A stretch of DNA of 64,000 nt from Trichoplax sp. H2 (taxonomy: Eukaryota), in NCBI GenBank assembly GCA_003344405.1, contig NOWV01000107.1:124001-188000 (forward strand). The letters are read 5' to 3'. This document shows, piece after piece, positions 13,760 to 26,400 of the stretch; position 1 is the first letter of the stretch, and each line of letters opens with the position of its first letter. A model generated the notes under the pieces. The model saw nothing but the letters and a program-made list of their open reading frames with translations. It did not search any database and was not told the origin of the DNA. The position numbers and the translations under genes were made by a program.

Positions 13760-14863
13760 TAACCTCATTTAGTCGAGACCAGTAGATTACAAGAATTTTC
13801 ATATTAATGTAAATAAAAAGAATTGTATATGGCGTTGACTGATAATTTTGATTATGTCTTGCAAAAAGGAATAATACTTTAATTAGCTCTTCTTATTGAA
13901 CTTATTGGACTACAAGCTACAGTTGTAGCTTATTACTAATAAAAGAATGACGTAAACAACTAAATTTTCTTCCATTGCTTTGTAATTTTGGGCCGTATAA
14001 AATCAAGTTATGGCTGATGAAGAAGGTGCATGACAGTGTATTTAATTTTACCTGGACAAGCCATTAACATGGCTTGGTCACATATACGTAATGACAATCA
14101 ACGCTGAATGCGTTGGTCTATGTTTTTGTCGCAGTTTGAGACTAATATTAGACATAGACCTAGTAAAAGCAATGGCTATGCAGATATATTATCAAGATTA
14201 GTAACGGGTAATTAATTGATTGTTTGGCCTGTGAGCCGGAATACTTTGTTAGCAGGTTATTTTGTTGAATTTTGCAGTGATACAAAATTCTAGGCGGACG
14301 GAAGTAAATTAACTTAGCATTGTGATTGTAGACTATTAGCCATGTTTGGTATGATGTACGGTAGTGTCTTTGCTAAATTTATCTTATAATATATTTAGTA
14401 GCCTATAACTATAGACTGTAAGGATAGACTCTATGCTAGAGTACAGATGGCTATATACAATAAGGTGTTGCACTGCTAATAAGGTTAGAGATAGAAATAG
14501 AATTGTAAATCATATATGATGGTATGCTTAGTTCATTGTACTTTGAGTGGTAGGAATAATATATACGAAAATACTGTAATCATTTCTATATTAAGTTAAT
14601 GATGGTTCGCTGTAAAATATTATGACTAATAACAAGCTGAATATGTGTAAAATATGGTAGAATGCTGCTATGCTGATTGTAGCTGTGAAGGCTACGGAGA
14701 GTATAAAAGCAAGAGACAATAGATTATGTGATTATTCTTTCTAGAAGTCTTTCGGTTGTTGTATTCGGCTAAAGTACAGCTGTATGTAGCTAGTCTTTAT
14801 ATTACATCTAATAAAGTTCTAATTTTCTACAACTTTGGAATTTTCGTGATCAGATTTTATCAT
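13760..14863 (+). mobile_element. Degenerate Ty3/gypsy-type remnant: RNase H C-terminus, purine-rich tract and 3' LTR (family 2)
   Basis: About 14052-14200 translates (with stop/frameshift) DKPLTWL..NQR*MRWSMFLSQFETNIRHRPSKSNGYADILSRL, the gypsy RNase H end motif. Purine-rich AGGCGGACGGAA at ~14292-14303, then ~560 bp similar to 27445-27995. Left boundary approximate. Confidence 0.7.
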
Positions 14864-16039
14864 AGATATGTAATTAAATTACCAACTCATTTCATTTAAA
14901 AATATCCCAGCTAACTTTGATGTATGACTTTTAACATGTAAGAAAGTTTCAAGGCTTTAACTTTTGGTATATTACTTTTCTATTTTAATAAACATTTTAT
15001 TATTATTAAATGGATATCATAATAGCTTCATTTCGAAATTATACTAATTTAATTCATCAATTACATGAAAGATAATACAGAATAAGCCAAGAATCACGTT
15101 ATGTTAAATGAAAGATTTAGATTAATAAACAGCGAATAGGAGCTTCGAATAACTAGTTAGGATTTACGAGGTTTGCATTTAGTTCTTTATGTAAGAAAGC
15201 GAGAGCTGGGATTTTTTCATCTAGAAAGCAGGAAATTTATTTATTTAGGGTAAGTCGCCACGCATGGAATTGAATGTCTTTACTAAACTACGTTAGTTCT
15301 TTTTAATTAGATTGCATCGGAGTACTGGTTATCGATAGATGTTTACAACAGAAGGGTTAATTATTTCAGTTTCACTATCTATTGTTTTGAAGTATATGGA
15401 CTAGAGAATTAGAGTTATATACTGTGCCAATTTGGACACTTCTGGTTTATCTGAAGCTTTATTTTTCCGTAGTATAGACTTCAAAATGTCTAGTTTCTAT
15501 ACATTAGCAGTTTTTTATATAGTCGCTTAATGTACTGATATTGAACCATTAAATTTGTATCGCATACTGCAGTTGATCTTGTAAATCGCTATTGCTATAG
15601 TTTAAATACTATCTATGGCTTATATTGTAACCATAATTTATCAACTGCAGGATTATACATACAACGAAAACAAGTTCTGTCAGATACATTTTTTATCTTA
15701 CAGCAAGATCCTTGGTGCTAAAGGGTACTATTTAAAGCCCTTCTAATTCTAACCGAGTACTTGAAATAATAATCCTTCTGGAATACATTATAAGGTATTT
15801 ACCGAAGGTAAATACATAATAGTTAAAATGGAAATTTCGGAATGAAGTTAATATTACCGGTTATTAATATCCGCGATACTTAATACAATTTAGATTTGAC
15901 TACTGGATATTTGGTTATTTAATCTCGAGTTTTATAGCATAACTTATAGCTAATTCTACTACTTGACTTGAATACATATATGGCTAATATTTGCCATAAA
16001 CAAATTATCCAAAATTATTGTGGGGCATGAACTCTATCA

Positions 16040-17478
16040 TCAATTAATAATATCCTTGACATGAAGGAGTACTTCTAGTTTACATTTAAAGAGCAACTGG
16101 GTATTGTGAGTGTTCCTGGAGATTGCGTATATATCCTCCAAGGACGGATGATACTTTGTCTGCTAGCTTTTCTATTGAAATATCTTTTTTCTGTTGATTT
16201 TCAATGAATATCTTTGTATTCATCAGCTAAATTAATATTAATTTGGAAAGGTCAGCCAATTTTTATTAAAGAATGAGTTGAATAATTTAAAGCGAAAAAT
16301 ACTAAAATAAAGGAAATCATCATAAACTAGTAGAGCCTCAACGACAGCTGCGGTATTGCTTACCGAAGTCTGAGCAATCGTCCACAAGTTGCAAGGGGAG
16401 CTTTTCTGATTTGCTAGGCTTAATTCAGAAGATCTAGATAGCTCTAATGCTTTAGTTTGACAATACAGTGAGAGATCACTGCATAATTTTCCCAAATCAG
16501 CAATATCTTTAGCCATTAACTTGTTTTCATCATTATATTTCGACGAACCAATTTTGTTCGAAAGCAACAGCGCGGAAGTAAATCCTCCCAATCTAGTTGT
16601 AATCATGCTGTCCTATTTTATCGTGAAAAAATTCATCATGGTGTAGTAAGTGCTGCTTATCATTTGTGCTTCAAACTAAATGATATTACCATTACGTAGC
16701 TGCAATCTGTTAATGCATGTAGCAATCATTAATTACTCCATTATAAATCGATCTTATGTTCACAATTATGAAATGTTGTTTACTGCATGATACTATACAA
16801 ATATTTGCTTTACTCATGACAATTTTTAAAGTTTTGATACTGTACTTCAAGGCTAGATCTCTTATATACAGTATAGCACCTGCTTATAGATACCAATGAA
16901 GATGCTTTCTGCATTAATGTGTCGATGAACGATATTACAACTATGTAAAGATTTAATTGCTCGAACAATATCTTGCACAATTTGAAGGGTTGAGGAAGGT
17001 CTCAAAGGAATCAATTGCCGTTTGATGACATAATCCAGTGTGCACATATCCTCTCCTACTAGTTCGTAACACACCATCCTATTATAATGACGATTTAAGT
17101 TGTTACTTTCTTCCAAGCATAAATTCGACCGAAATACCGTCAAGAAGACTAACAATTGCTTTAGTATACTTAAATAGATCGATAAAAGCTTTTGATCAGT
17201 AGTATAAAATAATTTAACAAGAATTTTATGCTAGCAAGTTCTACGAACCATCGATTTCCATAGTAACTCGAGGATCGGCCATAAGGAGAGCGAAATTTAT
17301 GACCTTCGCAGAACCATAAGCATGAAATTGTATTGATTAAATTTATTTGTTTTGATCTATTTTGTTTGTAAAATTCTTTTTCGCGTTCCCAACATTCTCT
17401 TTCATTTTCATTATACGCTTTTATTAATCCATAAATTTCCGACCGGTCTGCCTTGCGTAGCTTAACTTTGAGATATTG
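16040..17478 (-). other. Protein-kinase-like (predicted pseudokinase) domain exons of gene A
   Basis: Kinase-ordered motifs: LIKAY (beta3 Lys), WEREKEFY (alphaC Glu), MVCYE (hinge), IVRAIKSLHSCNIVHRHINAESIFI (VIa/VIb; HRD to HRH), RLGGFT (DFG to GFT), KDIADLG (IX), HPSLEDI (XI). Confidence 0.75.
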
Positions 17479-20400
17479 CTGTTGTAAAAGAATCATGACT
17501 ATCATAGTTTTAAATAATGTAGCGACGCAAGAATGGAGATTAAATGATAACTTCTTAAAATAAGCATCAGAGATTGCCACAAATCAAAATTTGAAATAAG
17601 AAAAAAGTCGAACTATTGCAGAAACTCAATACTGCTAGCCTACTGTCAGGTCCATCCGCCCCGATATTTACCTACAGTACGATTCTAAATACTGACGATG
17701 TCCTATAGTCAGGAGGAACAGTAGCACAACACTAGTCTCTCTTAGACACAACTAAACCCAAACTTTATTGAAAATGTTAGTCAATGCATAGAAAATGCAC
17801 TTAAATATTAGTTATCACTTTATTGATAATATTATACAATTATGCAGTTATCTTTTAAAAGTATGTATAACGTCATAGATTAGTTAATGTAAATACATTC
17901 CAAAGATAAGTTATCTTGTGGAATCCATATTACAACAGCTACGCAAAAGTTATCCGTAACAGGAATCTATTCTAGATATACATACCTTGGAAATATTAAC
18001 AGAATTGGATATTACCGATATACTGGCATAATAATGGGGTCCATAATCTAGGTAGACCGAAAACATTCGAATATATCGTTAACAAATATAAGAATTTTAA
18101 GGAGGTTATGTCCTATTTTAAACTAAATTGGAGTCCAAAACTCAATGCAGCTTAGCCAAATTTGCTATCACTTTACATATTTTAAGCTACCTTTGCCTGG
18201 TCCATCAGAGGTTGAAGGCAGATGATTACAATATATCGTTAAGCAGTTATGGCACCAGCGCTGCATTAGAAATATCCTTGCATATTTAATGAATTTTTTA
18301 GTGAAAATTGTGTATAAGATCGGGTTAATACAAGAATTTAACGGTAGGAACATAGTAGCAATGAAGGATAGGGAATCCATATCGAATCCTTGCCCGAAGA
18401 AAACACGAATTATAACAATGTATAACGGCATCCAGCAAATTAAGTCTGTAGCTACAATAGATATCATTTTAAAGATGATAATATTATCCTCCAATGATAT
18501 TTTACTTTGCGTAAGTTTTCGTGAGCGAATAATTTCTATAACAATGACAACATACATTATAGTTATGGCTACCCAAGTAACGAAAGTAGTACCGCAAAAT
18601 GAAAGTAGCCAGATGAGCAGATATTGATTTCTGATATTGCTTGGTAAACAAACACTAGTTGTCCCATATAATCGATTAGCGGCCGGTTGATTTACGCTAT
18701 ATAGGATAGGGATACCAGTAAAAATAATAGAAATTGACCATAGTGCTAACAAAGTTACTGCGTTTGCCTTATATGATAAACGATAATCGAAAAATGGATA
18801 GGTAAAATATAAATAGCGGTCGATGGTTATAAGTAAGAGCACAAAAGTCGACATTAAACTAGATAGAGAAACTAAGAAGGATGCTATTAAACATAATGCA
18901 CTACGCAACCATACTTCAAGATATTCTGAATATCGTTGAGAATAAAACAGATTAGCTGAGGCAATTAAAATTAAATAGAATCCCATTAGCAAATCGGCAA
19001 TAGATAAATTAGTAATTAGTGTTTTAACAATTAGCATATCTTGTTTCCTGATTTTTAAATGCCAAATGATGGAAACGATATTGCCGATAATAGCTATAGT
19101 ACCAATAATCCATACAAGTAAGCGTAACACTGTATGAGATAGAAGATGGGAACAAGTGGAAAGTTTAAATTGGTTAGGTAAAGGATTGCAACTGATTATA
19201 GATTCTGGAGCAGCACAGCATAAGTATTCCCTATTCGAAACCCTAATTAAATAAAATAATAGAAGTAATTTTATTCAAGTTTTACGCGTAAACTAATTTC
19301 GCCGTTTAATTTTAGACGGATCAATGATATTTCGTAGTCTATAATTATCGTAAGATTTAGTAGGCTGGCTATAGGTTAAATGAAATTGCTAGGTTTATCT
19401 ATAAAGCACAGTTACATTATCGATAATATCATAATTTGATAATCTTATAGACTGAACTTTGGTATATAATTGAGTATATATGCTTTTTTAATACTTACAT
19501 CATTCTTAAATCTGACAGACCATAAAAAGAGTCTCCCTTATATTGAATTATTGGATTATTTCTTAAGTTCCTGCAAAAAAAGTTAAGCCTTACTGAAGGA
19601 TGAATCATAGCTGGCTAGTTATTAATTTATTTTGAAATTGTATAGTTTTTCAAATTATTAAATTAGATTAATACTTGAGTGTTATAGGAATCCCTGTTGA
19701 ATAGATTTACCATATTATCTACATAAAATCTTATTCGTTACATGCTTACGTACAGGTTTATTAATAAGTGGAAAATGTTGAAACAGTTGGCATCTAATTT
19801 ATAAATATTGTTATCGTCTAAGTCCCTAAATAGCGTATTAATAAGATTAGGAAAAAGGAGTCAGTTGACAAAATATGACGCTTATCTACAAACTGCTATT
19901 CCAAATCGGTATTAGATTCCTGTGGGAAATATTCACTTTGAAAACTATCAACTTTCATGGCCTGTATACAGCAACTAATAGCTGTTTAACGAATAGTTAT
20001 GTCCAGTCTAGTTTTTAAAAATCAAAATAAATATCTATACTGTTGATAAAGTACTCATTAGATACAGTTAATATTTCTAAGAAGTAATATATCTGTTCAA
20101 TAGGAAGATAGAAAAGCTAATTGTATCTTGAATATAACTTCTAAATAACGATTACCATAACTGGTTATAGCTATGATAACATTGCCTTTAATTTTGCATG
20201 CACATTTACTTATTTATTATTTGTGTAAGTCACATGTAAATAATTAAAACTACGTGTAAAAATGAACGGAATGATCGACATCATATACGACAAATAACAG
20301 CAATGATTTCTTACTTACAGAGCTTTTAATTTCGTCAAAGAAACATTGAATTCTGGTTCAATACATACATTCACCAATTTATTTCTAGACAGAGATCTAG

Positions 20401-23400
20401 AATTTATAGTAACAGGAATAATATAAATGCTGACATTTTTTAATTATTAGAATACTAAGGATCAGAAATAAATGTTACTACAATTTTATACCATAGATCA
20501 AAATCTAATCTAGAGTATGGAATTGATTTTATATTTTGTTTTAAGCTGCAGCTATTCTGCAATAATAGAAATTTTGATTATATAGTTAATTTAACTAAGA
20601 GAGTTGTAATAAACTTACAGATATTCGAGACCCGTTAGTGTTAGTAATGTGGCATAGTCTTTATCTCTTAATCGATTACCTGCAAGCCTTCTGTTTGCAG
20701 TATTCATTTATTCGCATGTCATTTATCGTTGATACAAAAGTATGAAGATTAGATGCTAAAGCTAATATAAGCTCATCTTTAATCAAAAGGGCGGTATAAC
20801 GACTAAGAAAACTTACAGAATACGAAGCGAGTGCAATGGCAGTAGCGATTGCTGATCGATTCCTTCGACCTCGTTATTTTCAAGATCCCTACGTATAAAA
20901 AGGAAACTATTACTATCAAGCTGTAAAGGCAAAATTGATTCTATAAGTAGGTACGAACAATCTTATAGCGCCCGTTAAAACTTTGAACAGCACGTCAGGA
21001 GATTTAATTGCAAGCCCAGCTAGGATCCTATTAATCGCGAGAATTTATACGTGTTAATCTTCAATAATTTTTTGCGATCTGATGATGTTATATAATCTTG
21101 TATAGATTCTTATGATTTCGAATTTTCAAAGGTGCAACATACACATTCCTATATCCAAATTTCTTGGATAGTATGGAAGCAACTGTGTCTAGAGGAATTT
21201 TAGTATGGCTTAGGCTTCTATATATTAATTAATTAGTAGAGATTTTAAGAGCTTAGAACATCTTCGGCCAGTTCTTTTAAGAAAATACAAGATAAATATT
21301 ATCAATTCGCGGTATACTGATGCATTGTAATACTCGTACCCTACATAACCGATTAACTAGGTTATAACGATATTATAATTGAATCTTAAACATTGTATTA
21401 GTTTGATATTATTTTAAATTTTGGATTCAAATTTTAAGCTAGATCAATGATTACATAGCACTAAGGACACTGAAATTTTCAGGACACTAATTAGAGTTTC
21501 AGCTGTTTTATTATTGTAGTGTATGCTTCTAAATACGGTACAGTCTATTCTTAATAAAGTTAATTTCCACATAAACTATAATATAACTCCTTGTTTGTAT
21601 AATCTACATTTAACTATTCATACTGTGGAAATCTCTTATACTCTAGCTTGATTATATCGTAGAATTACCCTTATGTAGAATCAAGCTATTCTTAATAGTC
21701 ATTCGTGTTTTAGGAATAATTTCCTCCTACAGTGCTTCTTACATTATAAAAGCGCTAATCTTGCATTTATTTCGTTAGTTAGTTCTGCTAGTTACACAAT
21801 TAGCGTGCACACTTTATCTATTCTACATTACTATAGCTATTCGACTAGTCACGTCTTTGTAAACGCTATGACCTCACACGCTTTTCCTCTTGCACTAATT
21901 CCAATAAACTCTACAACTCTGCTAATTTGACTCTTAATAATTTAATTGCGATTATGACAGACCCTAAGCCTTCCGAAACATCACAATTATATTTTGGCTA
22001 ATTTAAGATTACTAGTGAGTTATAGACTAGAAATGATATTGGTAAGGTTGTATGTAAAAAATTGCATCGTCTGAAATTGTATAACTACTGGTCTATTTTC
22101 TAACTTACAAGGACTTCAGTTGAGAAATATTGTCAATTAAGCTCTCATCAATTCCAATCAAGTTATTACCATCAAGAAACCTAATAAATGAATCAGTTTA
22201 ACCATTGTACTATTTATTTTTTAATTTATCTTCAGTTGATATGTTCATTTACTTGATTATAACACGTCTAATTTATTCACTATTACTTAAAATTTATGTG
22301 CTTTCCAAAAGGTTTATAATAGCAAACTGATCATCATTTACAGAATCTATTTTAATTACGCCACAGTTGAAAATTTCATTTTATCAATTTAGCTACCATA
22401 CAAAAGGTTTCTTTCTCTAAAATTCACTATTTAATTTTAGGAAACATGCTCTTTGACTGAGATGATATGTTCTAGCATAATTTCAATACAGTAAGATATT
22501 GTCACAGTAAAAATATTTCTATATTAGCCTTAGTTATGACGGTAATATTTTTCAGCAATTTGAGTTCGCGTATTATACTATATTTTAGCGAAGAATATTT
22601 TCGCAGCTATCTATATCGGTACACATGAGAACAGTAGAGCTTTTATAATTAATTATTGTATATTTTGAAATATTACTCACAAGCTATGAGCCGTGGAAAT
22701 TTTCTGAAATAACTGCCGCTTTACGGTGGAAGCATTAAGGTTACAAAATCGCATACTCCTAGTTTGTCCAGTTAATAATAAAATTTTATGAAATTATTTC
22801 TGAAATCTGGATTGCGATTTCATAAAGTGGATCAAATAATAATTAAGTCAAATTGTTTCAAGATTTTATTGCTACGTAACTATATTAAATACTGCATTAA
22901 ACTCCTTACAAATTTCGTAGAGACAAAAACTTGTCAAATAAACGAAAATCGATCGATTGAAGATGTTGATTATGATCAAGTCGCCTAAATATATGTCGGT
23001 CAAATGTCGTTAAGACTCAGTAGATTGTATGAAAAGCGATCAATAATCTTACAAGCTCGCCAAATTCTGTAGCCCATGGAAAGAATTTTCTTTCAAACGA
23101 ATGAATTTATTGTTAGCAAGTTCTCTAAATAATGAAAATAATTAAAGCGAATACTCTATAAGATAGTTTATTCTCAGTAAATGAAAAATTAGATGCTTTA
23201 TAAGATTCTAAACTTATTTTTAGATATTGGTATAGCTTATAGTGATATCATCCTCACAGTTGAATTCTCAATTATAGCTAGTTAAATATTATTCAGAAAA
23301 GAATTTCGCTTGTCCACTTACAAACTTCCAAGTGAAGTGATAGTTTTGAAGGCGAAATCAGGAATTTCAGTGATATCGTTGCTTTCCAATTTCCTAGAGC

Positions 23401-26400
23401 AGATCAATTCAATTGGATTGGTAACAAAGGTTAAAATAGTATTACATAAACCTAATATTATATTTAATCGGTAAATATAATCGGCTAGACTTAAAGTTTA
23501 TTTTCCGAAAAATACAACGAGGAGTACGCAAGCACTCTTAAGTTATATTGGTTATGCAATACATAATGTGCATTTATATCGTTGATTGCCTGATTTCGCT
23601 CAAAAATTATGGATTGGTTAAGATTTAAATTCGATCAGAGCATAATAGTATATTTGCATACTCTGTTAAGTTATAATTTAAACACAAAGCTGTTAAGTTT
23701 AAACTGAAGTGAATGATAGTAAGCTTGGAATGCAACTTAGCTTTCAATACAGTAACCATAATGACCATAAAAAACAGACACTATTTCAGAAATTCATGAC
23801 ATGTCGAGTCTCGTCCCAAATTAATAAAATAGATAGTAAACTATCGTTAATCATCTACTTATGATTTTAATTGTAAGATCAAAGATTAAGATTTCTTTGT
23901 CACGGTACGAACTACCGTGAAGAAATAACTATCTAAATTTGGTTAATATAATATAGTGATATTATATTACAACTAGTTACTTACAATAGGAATCACTCTA
24001 ATTATAAATGTGTTACAGTAAATTTAATGCTGTACTGTAATGTGCACTGAAATGATTCTGTGAATGGACATATTGTAGTCCGATTGTGAAAAATTAGTTA
24101 GGTAGATGTTCTCACCTAAGTATTTTTATAAGATAACTCGTGAATGTTAGCTGCTGTAGAAGGGTATATAAGCCCGTCAGATAGTTGAATAAAGTAGTTC
24201 TCAATTGTCTAGTTGAGTTTAACGTAGGATCAAAGGCGTCTAAATTCTTTTGAGGTAGTTAAGGGATACTGAATCCCGGAGACTATAGTAATTTAGAGGT
24301 TTGTTTTACGTTATCCTTGTCACGAAGCTGGTTTGTGACAGTCTTAAATATGAAAAGAATGATAATAAAAAAACAACTAGATTGAGGATTTCACTATTGG
24401 ATTTATACGTCTGAGTTACATTTATGTAGTAGTAACTTACTCCTTAATGTAATAGTAATTGTATAAAAATTAATTTTTTACTAAGATTTAGATATACTAT
24501 ATCATTATTATAGGGAATCAAATGAGACCATATCGGAAATTTATAAAATTATTCACATTTAAACTGGAATTTATGATTGAAAGCGCCGTAAAAGGGTCAT
24601 GCATGAATTCATGGGTAAGCTTAATAAAGTAATTTATTACTGAACTGTAAGGTATTAGATATTAATTTAATTTTATCTGGAGAGAAATCAAAACTTATAA
24701 CGTAATAATGTACTTATCGGTACGATAAATATTGTATCTGAAGTAAATATTGTGGTATTAAAGATTAAAAATACATTTTCTTAAGCCATCTTACAATATT
24801 CGGAGATAGGGAATATGAGGAAATAATGAAATTGGTATAGCTTTAAGTCGATTTTCGCCTAGAAACCTAAGATTGAAAGGTAAAGTAGAAAGGTAAGGAT
24901 TCAGTATAATTTAGCACTATGTCACCTTGTAAAAGTATGAAAAAGAATGGATTTGGTATTTACAGTTGTTCCAAAGAAGATAAATTGCTAAAAGCTCTAT
25001 TATCGATTTTAGTTATTCTGTTATGGGTTAAATTTCTAATAATAAATGATACCGATTAGTAAAAGTTTAGGATAATTCCGGGTTGTATTAGCAAAACATC
25101 TTGCAGTAAAACTAATTGCGATCGATCATTCACTAGCGAACGATTTTCGATGGGAAAGTTGTATTCACTTTATTATTTTTTAGCACAATTTTAGGGTCGG
25201 CTATTATATTCACTTACACCAGATGTAGTGGGCTGTAGGATGAAAATATATGTGTTTCTAAATATTCAATCTGATTGTGCCCTAACCATCTATTTTAACA
25301 ATAAGTAAAACAAATGGTTATACTGAAGATGAAATTAACATTTTACTATTGATTTGCATATAGAGATTGGGTTCGAATACCTATTGTAAGTGCTCTTTAA
25401 TATTACACGGGATAAATATAATTTTTACGTATATATTGCATATATTAGTAAGTAGGTATGGTTTAAAATTAAATGAAATGTTTCCATGAAGAGGTTTTGT
25501 AGATGTTACAATGTGACTTGCAACTCGATTATAGTCAAGTGCATTATCTCTGTCTATTGTGACAGAAAAAGGTAATGATATGATATTTCAAAGCTCACAT
25601 TTCTTGTAAAGACTTCATATCAGCAAAGATATTACTGTGCAAGGTTGATATTAAGTTCTTCGTAAGGTTTCTGTAAGCCAAAAGTCCGAGAGTAAAGTCA
25701 ATTTAATTGATAAATGGATTTAATTGAGTGATTTCGATTGCTACTCTAAAAGCAAGTGTAGCAACTAATTATATATTAAAATAAAGTAGTACATTAGTAG
25801 AAATCGAAAGTTCAAGAATATAGCCATACTGTTTTCCTGCCTATATTTATGAATTTTAATTTGGAACGGTGATACTTTAATTTAAGTCTACGGTCGATTA
25901 AATCAGAATTATCCTTAATATGAAAATCTTGAAACTTGGTTAAACTTAAATTTAGAGAGTAAGAGAGCCTTGGAGTATTTAAATATAGAAAATTATATCT
26001 TCATTCTATTAGTTTAATCGATTAGTACTAAAGGCTAAAACTGGATGTATGATTACGAGGCATCATAGAAATACCGTCTGAGAACTTTAATACTTTTTGT
26101 TAGTACAGTGCCCTAAATCTAAGCATAATGGATAGATAACTCAAAATTTTTATTTCTTTTATATCTGCTGAAATAGCCTACGCTACGTGCTAGAAATAGC
26201 CCTAACTTGCAACTAGGAGTGAGTGAGTACTCTCTAGCCACACTACTATTATTTGGAATACTAGTCAGTTAGTATTCCTGGGCAGATAGGATTTAACACC
26301 GTAAGGCCTTCAAACTTTCTAGAAAATCACAATCTAATTTATTATCGGCGAAGCCGCCGCTCACATAGGTTTTGGTACCTAAAACCGGTTGGACTACATA

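Noticed and set aside
18289-18627. 112-aa + strand ORF
   Set aside because: Antisense shadow of the 7TM exon.
18168-19130. 320-aa ORF as a stand-alone single-exon GPCR
   Set aside because: Starts at a GTG inside an exon that opens at an acceptor (19242) carrying the hinge; it is part of gene A.
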